Shown: piece after piece, positions 24,604-37,319 of the stretch
Layout: each line of letters begins with the position of its first letter
How positions within the stretch are numbered: position 1 is the first letter of the stretch
Source of the DNA: Girardia tigrina
Taxonomy: Eukaryota
Assembly (NCBI GenBank): GCA_001938485.1
Contig: MQRK01203448.1
Location: forward strand, 23,681-81,218
Direction of reading: 5' to 3'
DNA: 57,538 nucleotides
Made by a program: the position numbers and the translations under genes
The notes under the pieces: generated by a model
What the model saw: the letters and a program-made list of their open reading frames with translations, nothing else
Told to the model about the DNA's origin: nothing
Databases searched by the model: none

Positions 24604-24962
24604 CTGGTGTGTTCAATAAGTACCCGGCCTGACAAAGAAAACTAATTCCAAAAAGGGAAATTTTTATAACACAACAAGCTTAACGTATGTAAGCATCATT
24701 TTCAACATAATGTATGTTTCACTCCACACACTTCCGCGAACGAAACGTCAACTCAGAAAACGTCTTTTAAAAAATTTATTGTGCCAAGCCGCGCAGACAT
24801 CCTCTATGGCAATATTTAATCACCTTTGGTTCCAAACTTGAAAAATCGTTCGGTGAAAAATCTCAACTGTATGGTGGATGATCTACAAGCACTAGTCCAG
24901 CACCTTCAATTACGGACCGAGATATGCCCGCTGTGTGCACTGGTGCATTGTCGTGGAGAGGC
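24604..24962 (-). mobile_element. Mariner 3' remnant
   Basis: TIR-like GGTGTGTTCAATAAGTACCCGG. Minus strand reads LHDNAPVH and HPPYS. Confidence 0.7.
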
Positions 24963-24964
24963 CA

Positions 24965-25940
24965 TAGTATGAAGTCATAATCCATAAGGAAAAGGGCTCA
25001 AGAAATTATCTCAATAATTATCAAGGGATCTTCTTATTAGAAGTTGATGGAACTATTATAGCTCGAGACATTGTAAACAGACTAGTCCCGATGATCGAAT
25101 AGGAAATTGATGACTAAAAATTTTGCTTCAACAGCGGTAGAAGGACAAAACACATCATATGCATTCTGAAAAATTTACTAGAAGAGGTATGATACGTAGA
25201 CCAGGATGTTTTTGAAATCTTCATAGACTTCGATAAGCCTTCAGTAGTGTAAAAAGGAAATGTGCTATGGGCATGTCTAACAAAACTAGGAATAAAGGGA
25301 AAGATCCCTGAAATGATTAGACAGTTTCATGAGGAAATCAAAGGTTTAATTGGGGACCATGTTTTAAGATGTAAGACTAGGCTGTGTTCTGGTTCCGATG
25401 TTGTAAACTAATGGCAGAAATAGATTGGCTAACCAAATTCAGTTACATTGAATCAATATTATCCTCATAGGGAACCTGCGGTTAGGATATTCAGGAAAGA
25501 ATATGGAAAGAATAGGGAAAGAATATTGAAAAACAAGTAAATGACCCGTCATGTATGACGGGTTATTTAAAGTATTTTACTTCTTCTATACATGACAAAA
25601 GTCTAAAAGAAATTTGTTGCCGAAAATTACAGACAGTTACCGATAATCGACAATCTATCTTATCGTGCGTTAGTCACAGAATCAGGCTTTTATATTAATG
25701 ATAACAGCAGTAAAAACTATCCTACAATGTCCCAAATTACCGATCCGAAACAAAAGAAGAATTATCGAAAGTTGTATACTACGATTAGTTTACTGTGTTG
25801 GAAATTGGGGAACAAAAGAAACACTGATTAAGAAACTAGAAAGTCTACAAAACCACCGCAGTCGTTTAATATTCGGAACGAAAAAGAATGGGCACAGTTA
25901 TTACCGGATTACCTCATCTAATGGATATAAATAAACAGAG
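24965..25940 (+). mobile_element. RTE-like non-LTR reverse transcriptase remnant
   Basis: KG...NNYQGIFLL, FIDF.KAF.SV.R and LWACLTKLGI motifs with stops. Confidence 0.7.
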
Positions 25941-26506
25941 ACACCTCCCGTTCCATGCACTTCTTGCTTGACGCTTTTTAATCATTACGTGTGAAGGTAT
26001 AATGATGGTACAAGTAATGTATGGGCGGGTCTGAATTTTAGATTTGTATGGCAGATTTACTGGTATTTTATTATTGTATGTTTTCATTGGAATTTTTAAC
26101 TAATTATAATCTCCTCATTATTCTTAAGTAGTTACTTTATCTTTTAAAATGTAATTTTAATTTTGAATGTCCAAATTTACAGAAATTTACGAAAACATCA
26201 AATTCAATTAAAATAATTATAAAATAAAAAATCTCTGTACAAAATCCGAATTCTCAATTCCTAAAACAAGATTTCTTTTGTAAATATTCAGACGTCATGG
26301 TTTTAGTAGGTCTTCATTTGATATAGTGTTATCGAAATAATTTTTTCCTCGATTTTATGATAAAATATTGTTTGTAGTCCAATAATTTGCCTAATATTTT
26401 TGTCAAAGATACTCCGGAACATGTTTTAAATATCAATTGAATGCATTGTCATTAGAGAAAGTTTCATGTAAATAAAAAGTCAAAGCATTGTTAAAGGCGT
26501 ATGCTA

Positions 26507-26780
26507 TGGTACCCCGACAAAAGCCCCCTGACAAAAGCGCCCACTTTTTAAAATTTTTTTTAATTCTTGTGCTCTATCCTACATTACATTGTTGGTAATA
26601 TTCTTCTTGCTGTCAATCAACCAACCTCATAATAATAATTTCATTGAATAGGAAAGGTCATATTTTAAGTGGATGCTTTCAAAGGAGGAATAGCGCATTT
26701 ACAAAACATACTAGCAATCACACATGCATAATCATACAATGAATCTTACTCCTCCTTGGTGATGAATCCTATATTATCAA
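26507..26780. mobile_element. Possible Mutator-like terminus remnant
   Basis: GGTACCCC followed by repeated GACAAAAGC(C/G)CCC. Only one end is present. Confidence 0.35.
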
Positions 26781-26807
26781 AAACAAAATTCTGAAATAAT
26801 AGAAATA

Positions 26808-27960
26808 TTAGAGTGAACCAAAAGTCTTTTCGTATTTTTATTAAAAATTTAACATAATTTTACAACAAATAAAAAACATTTAAGTTTCAAAGTAAAGGCC
26901 ATTTGAATCTATAGCTTGAACCCATCTATGGGCAAGTTGTACAATCCCGCTGCGGTTCCAATCCTTGTTCTTAGAAGCGAAGAACTGGTGACACACGTTT
27001 TCGACCTCGGCCAGATTATTGAAGCAGCGACCACGAAGAAAGTGTACCATAGAGCGGAAAAGGTTACAGTCGGATGGCGCAAGATCCGGACTATACGCTG
27101 GGTGTGGAAGAAGTTCAAAGGCGTCGAGATTTTTGATTTTTTCCTTTGTTTGTTTGGCGGTGTGCGGTTTTGCATTGTCCTGTTGTAAAAGAACTCGCTT
27201 TCGATTGATCAAAGCGGGGTATTTCTCGCCAAGTGCCGAATACATTCGATCAATTTGGGCGAAGTAAAGGTCAGCGTCGATGCTACGACCATTTGGAACC
27301 AGCTTGAAGTGAATCATGCCTTTGAAATTCAACCAAACACACAAAAGTGCCTTCCTTGAGAAACGATCTCGTTTCGCTACCGGTTTTGCCATTTGTCCGG
27401 GGTCCAACAATTGATTTTGTTGGTCTGGATTACTGAAGTAAACCCACTTTTCATGGTAATTTACAATTCCAAGGATGAAACGGTCATCGCGCGGATTTTC
27501 AAGCAATTTTGACAAGTTTCAAAACGCTTTTCGGTTTGAATTTGTGTCAATTCATGAAGCACTTCTCGACATCGTCTATATACCTTGCCAAGAGCGTGAA
27601 GGTGTCGTACAATGAATGTTTGAGGAATATCGAGTTCGGCCGACAATCTGCGAGTACTTATTGACGGATTCGTCTCGACGGCTTCACGAATTGCTCCGGA
27701 ATCTACGGTGATAGGTCGGCCTGAACGTGCATTGTCTCCGAGGTCAATGTCGCCTTCGTTGAAAATTTTGAACCAATTTTGTGCAGTACGATTTGAGACC
27801 ACATTATCGCCTTCAACTTCGCATATCTTCTTTGTTGCTGCAGTTGCGTTTAAGCCCTGTTTCCAGTAATTGCGTAAAAGAAGACGAATTTCAAAATTTT
27901 CCATGATTTTTCTAAAAGACCATAAAAATTATATTAACGAAGTTTTAATTATATTAGAAG
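26808..27960 (-). mobile_element. Mariner with near-complete but inactive transposase (27904-26880)
   Basis: HTH NWF..F...RSGRP, QDNAKPH and HPAYSPDLAPSD. Frameshift near 27510 and first catalytic D replaced (IVNYHEKW). One TIR at 26808. Confidence 0.92.
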
Positions 27961-28006
27961 TTTTAATATATATTGTGATACAGCAGTTCAAGAGCTTTAA
28001 AAACAT

Positions 28007-28370
28007 TTGATCAATCGAAAGCGAGTTCTTCTACAACAGGACAATGCAAAACCGCACACCGCCAAACAAACAAAGGAAAAAATCAAAAATCTCGACGCCT
28101 TTGAACTTCTTTCACACCCAACGTCCGAATCTTGCGTCATCCGACTATCACCTTTTCCGCTCTATGGTTCACTTTCTTCGTGGTCGCAGCTTCAATAATC
28201 TGGCCGAGGTCGAAAACGGGTGTCACCAGTTCTTCGCTTCTAAGAACAAGGATTGGAACCGCAGCGGGATCGTACAACTTGCCCATAGATGGGTTCAAGC
28301 TATAGATTCAAATGGCCTTTACTTTGAAACTTAAATGTTTTTTATTTGTTGTAAAATTATGTTTAAATTT
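28007..28370 (+). mobile_element. Inverted duplicate of the 3' part of the adjacent mariner
   Basis: Nearly identical reverse complement of 26845-27211, with a small deletion. Confidence 0.92.
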
Positions 28371-29176
28371 AACTAATTAACTTGGCTGGTTCTCCTTCCA
28401 AAGTATAAGGTACCATTCCCAACAACCTTAATACTTATCCAACACAATCCAATCTTAAACACATTAAACTGAATTTAACAAAAGAAACAGCCAAGCATTT
28501 TTTAAAGATCTATCAAAAATTTATTTTATCTCATTTTATCAAGACCCCAACAAAAAATTTATTCAATAAAATAAATCCTATATTTTCAATGAAAAATCAT
28601 TCGAAATTTTTCCCAAATCTTTATCCAACGATCGACTTCGAAAAGATGTATCAAAAAAATCCTTTACATCATATGACAAACACTGATGGACGTTCGACAG
28701 ATCTTTCATGAACCCAAAGAGTATATCCAGTGGTCGTATCTGGGGAACAAATTTCAAAAACAAAAGATCTCAAGCAAAGACAAAATTCAAACAGCTAGTT
28801 TGCTAATCATACGTTTATGCAGGCCTGAAAAATGATTTCTGAAAATTATTTTCTTTCAAATTAAAACACAAAAATTGATAATACTTCAATATTACGACGA
28901 ACGATAATAAAACGATGCCTAAAAATAGGTGGATTTGATAATCAAATCGTTCTTGTAAAACAGTAAAAAATAAAGAACAGTTTATTAATTATAATCAATC
29001 AGTGATTATTCCTGAAGAAAACGTCACAGTAAACCGTCAGAAAATCGGACGAAGTAGAAAATATGTATTGAATAGGAATCTCTGGTTTTCATTGGACTTT
29101 GAATGGTTTGGTTGGAGAGGATGTGCTGGAAATGGACCGAATTTAGAATACAGTACACAAAAGAAATGAGAAGGAC

Positions 29177-29350
29177 TTAAATCCTGAATTTCTCTTTGTC
29201 GTAGGCATATAAGATTGCTTCATCGACACTATGTGCTACGTGAACCGGGACTTTTAATTCGGGGTAGTCTGGGAAATCTCTGTGATTGTGATTAACGTTA
29301 CTCTGGCTCATCATTTCTACTAGAGAGTTCATGTCCATGGTGCTGTCCTT
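29177..29350 (-). CDS. HDHD5: HDHD5/CECR5 HAD-superfamily class IIA hydrolase, last exon
   Basis: HNHRDFP...VPVHVAHSVDEAI matches the CECR5 C-terminus. TTTCAG acceptor in phase 0, TAA stop. Confidence 0.88.
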   Translation of the reverse strand, partial: KDSTMDMNSLVEMMSQSNVNHNHRDFPDYPELKVPVHVAHSVDEAILYAYDKEKFRI

Positions 29351-30320
29351 CTGAAATAGAATATTCATTTATCAAATCTACTGGGAAGAGTTTTAATTGA
29401 AAAATAATATTGAATGATAAAAATCGTATTTTTTTAATGTATATAAATAATAAAAACAAATTATCATTATGAATTGTCATTAGAATTTTTACTCAAAGAG
29501 AGATTTTTCAATGGAAAGTTTCTCTTTCGAAAAATATATATCCAAAAATATATTAAATAATCATTTTTGAAATAGTCGAAATATTCATCTATTTCATAAC
29601 TTCAAAACAGATTACAATAATTTTAGTCTTTTGGTCTGATATATTGCTTTACTGTGGCTGCAGTAGTTATTAATCGTTATATTCTGTTAGCAAAGAAAAG
29701 TAAACTTTACACAAAATCTGGTAAGATGTTCTACTATTAAAGGTTCTTTAATAAGAAATTATCTCTTTATAACCTTAAATGATTTTGGGACACTTCGTCA
29801 CTTGACACTTTATCACTTACATTTGATATCTTAGTGACTAAGTTATCCCTTGGACAATTTGTCACTTAGACAATTGATCACATTGTACACTTTATCACTG
29901 TACACTTTTTCCTTCATCGTTACGCATCATTTCTAACTTACAAACTCCATACTAAAATTACAAGCACTTAGATTAAAAAAATATTTCAAAAATATAAATT
30001 TTATTCCTAAATATATTTTTACAATTCCAAAAGTGGCATTGTTAATTTCTATTAAATCATTATAAGTTCATTTATTAATTTTTATGGACCATTTCCTTTA
30101 ATATAATTTTTGTTTATTATTATTATTGTAAAATCTAAACTTATCACAAAACTTATCTTATAATTTAAAATCGATTATAATTTTCTAAATTTTTCCGTTC
30201 TAGAGTTTCGTAAATCTTTCTTAAATGATATCGATAAATCTGAAGATGAATAAAACAATTTTTGGGTTGCTTATTAATTTAAACTTGTTAGACTTACTAC
30301 AAAGACATTTTGGTGGCTTA

Positions 30321-31587
30321 CATGGTGCGCTCAATAAGTAGTGAGCCTAACATAATAATAATAATCCGATTCCAATGAAATATATTTTTCATAACAAGCA
30401 AGTTATAAAGGTATCATTTCTCAAAGAAATCTCCATTCACACCAACACATTTTTCCAGCGCACAACAAGTGCCAGAAAAGCTTTTTCGAAGAATTTCGGT
30501 GGCTGTTGAGCCAAGAAATTTGAGACTGCATCCTTCAAGTCTTCTTTCGTAGCACAATGTTGACCCATGAGAGCTCGCTTGTGGTGGTTGAAGAGATGAT
30601 AAGCGGATGGCGCCAGATCCGGGCTGTATGGAGGTTGTGAGAGCAGGGTGAGGCGACAAGAGCCCACTTGTGTGGATGGGTGCATTGTCGTACAAATAAT
30701 ATAACTCACCAACGCTGCTATTCCTTCTCAGCTTTCTGGCCTGTAGCACCAGCCAGGAGTAGTATTCACTGTTGATACGAACACCAGCTTCCGCAAAATC
30801 AGCAAGGATCATTCCATTTGCATCCCAAAAAGTGGTGAGCATGAGAGCTTTTTTGTGAGAGGTTATTGATCGCATCTTCTTCGAACACCCTTCCCCTGGC
30901 AGCTTCCACTTTTGAGACTCACGTCTTGATTCTGGGACATAAAGGGCAAGTGGTGTTTCATCCATTCTCATAATATTCTGTATGAAGCGGTCTCCAATAC
31001 GTTCATAGAGGTTTAAGTTTTCCTGGCAGCACATCAATAGCCGATCCTTCATATCTACTGTTAAAAACCATAGCAATAAGCGTGAACTCAATTTTCTAAT
31101 TCCAGTTTCATCATCCGCAATTGTATGGTACCTGTGCTGACATTTAATCGCATTGTCAGTTCTCTGGTGGTGATTCGTCGCTCACACTGCACGATTTTCT
31201 TGAGTTTTTTCGCTATTTCTTCGCCAATTTCACGTGGCCTACCTGACTTTTCTTCATCAAAAACAGACGTTCGACCATCTCGAAAATGGTTGAACCATCG
31301 TTTGACAGTAGATATGGATGGACTCTCTTCGCCATAAACAGAACTAAGGTCCACGAATATTTCTTCCCGGCTTTTCCCTTTCATTAACAAGAAACGAATA
31401 ACACTTCGATATTGGACGTTTTCCAATGACATTTTCGAATTTATGCGCTCTCTAACCTAAACACAAATAATAGATTAAAACAAACATCATAAATATTACC
31501 TTAATAACTTGCTTGTTATGAAAAAAAATTTATTGGAATCAGAATATTATTTCTATGTTAGGCTCACTACTTATTGAGCGCACCGCG
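30321..31587 (-). mobile_element. Mariner with long (about 90 bp) TIRs and frameshifted transposase, in HDHD5 intron
   Basis: TIR ..GGTGCGCTCAATAAGTAGTGAGCCTAACATA at both ends with TA flanks. Motifs MDET, YDNAPIH and PPYSPDLAPS. Confidence 0.93.
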
Positions 31588-32546
31588 TATATCGGCATTT
31601 TATGGTATATCATAGAAATACAAACTTACTGCGATGTTCTTTTTCAATAAATTTTTATTTAAGTTTTTAAATTTATTTCAATAAATGACAAAAAATATGA
31701 ATAAGTATAGGAGTATATAGATAACCTAATAAGAATTAATATGTAAAACAGCAATAATAATAATTATTATTATTGTTTTAATATTACTATAATGGTAAAA
31801 CTAATGATTCACATAAAATTTAAGCCTTTAATTATCGAAATTTCATGGAAAAACACTCTAGATAGATGCGAATAATGGAATCACCAGAATTACAATAGAA
31901 TTAGAGAACAAAAATAAACTAGTTCGTCCAAATTTATGTCATCAATAAATGTCAACAACAAAAAATCCATTCAATATCAAAAAAATATGCTCTCTAACGA
32001 CTGCTGATAGACCATCTTAAACTCGGTGCTGCATTCGCTCATGAATGATACTTAATTATAAAAGTTACTGTTTTTTTGTAATTCACAATGTATAAACTCT
32101 ATAGATGGGAGACTCTTTCATAAATATTCGAGTGACTCCGATTAATACACTGACTTGAACATGAAATCAAATATATGACGAGTTGTTTTCCCAGAAATGA
32201 ATGCTCACTTAACAGTGTTTGGAGATTATGATTTTTCTCGACGGTATACAAGTTTTGACATCCGTGACATTCAAAAATTTATAATATATTAACTTTAATT
32301 GCTGAGTCAGTTCTCGATTTCCCAGTAAGGAAGTCTTTCGATTTGTATGTTATTGACAACATCTGTAACATGGTCAATGATAACAAATTTAGCATGAAAG
32401 TGAGGTTGCAATGAAATGGGGTTGGTGGGGTTTGAGGGTACTCAACAAGACAACAAAATTTTTACCGTGGAGGGTTAAATGTTTCAAAAATGGCAAGGAT
32501 CAGAAGAAAAAAATTTACTTTTATCCCAACAAATTGTAATTAGTTT

Positions 32547-32858
32547 ATAATCGATGAATAAACGATTATCATCAGGAATTTCTGGCTTTAAATATTCATC
32601 GGATTTCAAAATGTCTTTAGTGATATCAACCATACTCAATGTGTTGAGATTCTCTCTCTGATACTGACAAACTGAGTCTAATCACACTCTTCTAAGAAAC
32701 TCGCAGATTTGAAAATCGATTTCAAGTTGGTTTTGTGAACATTGATAATACGATCGAACATCAATTCGATTTCCGTGAACAAATCTGGATACAAAGAACA
32801 TAAAAATTGTAATTTTATAATTCATTGTCTTCCCAGCAATGTCGTCAGAAGAATCCAT
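32547..32858 (-). pseudogene. PRMT3: Intronless N-terminal fragment of a PRMT3-like gene (degenerate C2H2 finger region)
   Basis: Manual translation gives MDSSDD/WEDNE/FLCSLYPDLFTEIELMFD...KSDEYLKPEIPDDNRLFID, resembling PRMT3 WEDE..CLFC..LF...EEYLKPVLEDDLLLQFD. Frameshifts and a stop are present. Confidence 0.6.
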
Positions 32859-32956
32859 TAAAAAGGTTTAATTTAAATAAATTCGAAATACGTTTATCAT
32901 AAATTTAACGATTTATTTCATATAAACATAAACACCCGATTATCAAACCAACATTT

Positions 32957-33830
32957 TGTTTATTTTACTTAAACAATTCTATTTTTTTATTAATAATTTT
33001 TTACATAAAATAAAAATCTTTTTAACCAAATATTTTTAAAAACTAAAAATTTAAAATAAACAATTTATTAATAAAAATATAGAAAAAACAGAAAATATAA
33101 ACTCAAAGCTGAGAAAGATCCTAATCAAAACTGTAAGTATAAAAACCAGTAAATGTCAAACTGATGACTAATTCAAATAAATGATGAGTTTTAATATTTT
33201 GACTGAAAACAATTTCTCCTCCCTGATTACTTGGGAGCCATACTCACACTTATATATTCACAAACAAATAAAAAAGACTAACTCAAATAATCTTTCATAC
33301 ATACATTAGTTAACAAAATTCACATTTCAAAACCATTTCCGTCATCAGACATTATTCACACACCTCTAAGGAACACATTCATCTAACAGAGCAAATCACT
33401 CTTTCCCATTCGTTCTAACTAAGATACCTCTTGATCTCCCGTCCGACCAAGGAAACAATTTCATTACTCTTCCGAGCTTCCATCGTCAATGTTCCATTCC
33501 GTCTTCTATTTACTTCACGATTTCTCCAACTTTAATCTCTGGATCTTCTTGCATCCATTTATTTTGTTTCTTCATACTTGGAAGGACTTCATTTCGCCAT
33601 CTTACCCACCAAACCTCAGCAAAATCGTTAATTCGTTTTAAATGTCTCTTCAAACAAGTAGTATTGGATTTCAAATCATTAAAAATTTCTACTTCTCGGA
33701 ATCCCGGATTGACAAAATGATTCGGTGTCAAGACTTTCCTCTCATAATCTTTATACAAATTCATTAGAGGACTTTTATTTAACAAATTCTCAATTTCAAT
33801 AATAACGGACAACAGTCAATAATTTTCCAT
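32957..33830 (-). mobile_element. BEL/Pao integrase C-terminus, 3'UTR, PPT and probable LTR
   Basis: EIENLLNKSPL...LTPNHF...WWVRWRNEVLP...KW...IKVGEIV, then WKLGRV. PPT AGGGAGGAGAAA then TG at 33211. The LTR end is uncertain. Confidence 0.82.
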
Positions 33831-34435
33831 TTTCATTATTAGCTTACTTTATATATATATATATATATATATCATTTTTGTGATGACTTTGATGAATAAA
33901 TAATAAATTCACCCTTTGTTTTTTATCTTATGACATAAAATTCAAAAAAAATTTTAAAATCTAAAAAAGGCGAATATCTCGAGTTCTAGGCTTTAAGAGC
34001 AGGTGGTTCAAAGAGTATCTTATTCAGCGCGACGAGTTCTATATATGTACCAAATTTCATCGAAATCGGGATGTGCGGGTTCGGGAGGTTCCCTAGTCAT
34101 TATCAGACATTAATTTTATTTACTCAATTTGCATAGTCTGGATGATTATTTATTTCAAATCACGATAATGTTGAATTTCAAAATTAAAATCATCCAACTC
34201 ATAATTTCAGCTATATGCTTTCGCATTTATAGAATTTTACAAGGATCTTGATTACAGAACATGATTTCAAAAATATAACTCTTTTTTAAACATTAGTAGA
34301 AATCAAATCAATATTTTATCTTCTTTGGTAATTTGAATAATTAAATTTCATTAAAAACAATTTTAAAAAAAAACTCACATAAAAAATATCGATATGTAAC
34401 ACATCTTGTACATGAAATTTTAATAAAATCCTTAC

Positions 34436-34751
34436 CCTAATTACTCCAGTAAGAACGAGTACTGATTCACATTTTTCAGCAAACCCTGCCTTGATAACGG
34501 TTTCATTTCCGATAATTTTCATATACTGAGATTCTATATGATTTGGTATAATTTCTGAGGAATTTTTAAAAGTTGTCGTATTAACAGTGAAATCACTGGA
34601 TGAATACGGAATGTAATTATTATCATTTGCGTTATTATTTCCAACTGACTGACGAGCTTTTTCTATTTCTTCAGATATTCTACTACCTTGCTGAGCTTCG
34701 AGATATCGATTATATAAATTTGCGCCATAGACATCGGTTTGAGGATTATCT
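34436..34751 (-). CDS. HDHD5: HDHD5 internal exon
   Basis: G|DNPQTDVYGAN (HAD motif IV)...CESVLVLTGV. AG/GT boundaries are phase-consistent with both neighbours. Confidence 0.92.
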
Positions 34752-34801
34752 CTGCAAAATAAACATTTCAATAATTAAATTTTTTGAATGATTCTTCTTA
34801 C

Positions 34802-35081
34802 CCAATACAATAGATATGTTTTATAGGACTATGGATATTGAGGAAATCTTGTGCAATTTTATTGAGTCTATATTCAGCATAATGGTAAGTCAATTCACTT
34901 GGTTTACCAATTAGAGCCGTATATAGTAATTTACGACTACTTAATTTTTCATAAAGAGATTCAAGAGCTAAAAGAAAACAGCCATGACCAAGTCGAGGTA
35001 GAGGAGCTTCGGCCATCCATTGCATGTCCATATTGCAAGCCAATAAAGGTATATGAGGATAAGGAATATGCATCCCAGAAC
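34802..35081 (-). CDS. HDHD5: HDHD5 internal exon
   Basis: PYPHIPLLACNMDMQWMAEAPLPRLGHGCFLLALESLY...GKPSELTYHYAE. Followed by a 50-bp GT-AG intron. Confidence 0.94.
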
Positions 35082-35641
35082 CTAAATTAAAAAGTAAAAA
35101 AATAAAGAAAATATTTTTTGCCATTATAAAACTATTATTTTTTAAACTTTTGTTCAAAAATATGTGACCACGTTTACGGGTGGATGAAGATCTCCCACCT
35201 TACATAAGTATGATTTCAGACACAAAAGTTGTCAGGTAAAATATAACACAATCCTGAACTATTACCATTTATTAAAAACAAGGAATTTCCCGAAAGACGT
35301 ATTTCAAATTCCCGTAACGTATTCAAAACTAACAGAAAAGCAATGCTAACAATAACATGTCTAGTACACAATATGTTAAATAAAAATTAATTACATTCAA
35401 AAGCATGGACTACTTGGCAGAATTGTAATTGTTACATATATAAAATTACTTTTTAAGTCATTCAATATTTTTTTATTCGCGATTCCGAAAGCAGGTAAAT
35501 AAATGTAGCAACTTTTACCATCGCTTGCTCAATTTGTACACGTTGCTGCCCTTCAATATAATTGTTGATGGCTTGTTGGTTTAAAAGTGACAATAATTGA
35601 GAAGCGTGTTTAGTGATACCTCTGAATTTTAGGTGTCATTA

Positions 35642-37319
35642 CAGTACTTGGCCATATTATTAGACCCACTAAGAAAAATCGTTAATTTTACATTTAAATG
35701 CACCTTAGCTAATGAAATCTAAGAAGTTGTTATTTGTATTATTGCTATTATTAATTACGCATGTCTAATGCGCCATCTCCAGGTATATGCCTTTGTATAA
35801 TTTATAACTACTACTTATTAGCTCTGTGAAAGTGAAACAGTGCAAGTGTGTCTTATTTTGAGTAGTGAATATCGAGTATTTCAGTGGACAGTTGAACAGG
35901 ATTTTTTAATACAACTATAAGTATTGTGATATTGTCCATACTTATACGTATACTAGTTAATTAAATGTTACGTTTTCTGTGAAATTTAATTGCATTTAAA
36001 TATTTTTAGATGGGTCAAAGTTCGGATCTCTCTCCGNNNNNNNNNNNNNNNNNNNNNNNNNNNNNNNNNNNNNNNNNNNNNNNNNNNNNNNNNNNNNNNN
36101 NNNNNNNNNNNNNNNNNNNNNNNNNNNNNNNNNNNNNNNNNNNNNNNNNNNNNNNNNNNNNNNNNNNNNNNNNNNNNNNNNNNNNNNNNNNNNNNNNNNN
36201 NNNNNNNNNNNNNNNNNNNNNNNNNNNNNNNNNNNNNNNNNNNNNNNNNNNNNNNNNNNNNNNNNNNNNNNNNNNNNNNNNNNNNNNNNNNNNNNNNNNN
36301 NNNNNNNNNNNNNNNNNNNNNNNNNNNNNNNNNNNNNNNNNNNNNNNNNNNNNNNNNNNNNNNNNNNNNNNNNNNNNNNNNNNNNNNNNNNNNNNNNNNN
36401 NNNNNNNNNNNNNNNNNNNNNNNNNNNNNNNNNNNNNNNNNNNNNNNNNNNNNNNNNNNNNNNNNNNNNNNNNNNNNNNNNNNNNNNNNNNNNNNNNNNN
36501 NNNNNNNNNNNNNNNNNNNNNNNNNNNNNNNNNNNNNNNNNNNNNNNNNNNNNNNNNNNNNNNNNNNNNNNNNNNNNNNNNNNNNNNNNNNNNNNNNNNN
36601 NNNNNNNNNNNNNNNNNNNNNNNNNNNNNNNNNNNNNNNNNNNNNNNNNNNNNNNNNNNNNNNNNGGTAATATCAGGAAAAGGCACTGGACGTCTGTATA
36701 TCGTAGAAAAAACGATGAAACAGGATCAGTATAAAAAAGTTCTAGAGACGAGGCTTATGCCACAGATGAATGAGTGGTTCCCAGATGATGAAAAGCCCAT
36801 CTTTATGCATGATGGTGCACCCTGTCATAAAGCCAAGAGCATTTCGGCATATTTAAAAGCCAAAAACATTGACGTTTTGGACTGGCCAGGGAATTCACCA
36901 GATATGAATCCAATAGAGAACGTTTGGGAGCTACTTAAGCGAGAAATTGCAAAAAAATGCATAACAAATAAAGTTGGATTAATAGAAACACTGATAAAAG
37001 AATGGAATCACAATCCACATCTACAGGACACCATTCAAGCATGCATTGATAGCATGCCTCGCCGGATAGAAGCCGTGATAGCCGCAAAAGGCGAACTGAC
37101 TAAATATTAGACTTTTACACAAACAATTGTTGTTTTCTATTTTTTTAATAAATTGTGTTAACTATTCACGTAGTAACATTTTATTTAACTAAAGTAATAT
37201 CCCTAGCACCAGAAATAAGTATAAAAACAACAGTGTATACAGTTGCATTTGATTTATGATGATTTCACAAGAAGAAATATATTTTTCACGAATGGGTCTA
37301 ATAATATGGCCAAGTACTG
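35642..37319 (+). mobile_element. Tc1-family (DD34E) transposon, centre in assembly gap
   Basis: Perfect 27-bp TIR CAGTACTTGGCCATATTATTAGACCCA with TA duplication. FMHDGAPCH...WPGNSPDMNPIENVW is uninterrupted from the gap to the stop. Confidence 0.95.

Noticed and set aside
28380-29050. Further Penelope endonuclease remnant with CTGAAGA...GAAA
   Set aside because: The motifs are too eroded and stem II is not convincing.
35990-36686. Long ORFs in the track spanning N runs (also 3884-4190, 14907-15182, 17895-18233, 43014-43316)
   Set aside because: Artefacts of assembly gaps.
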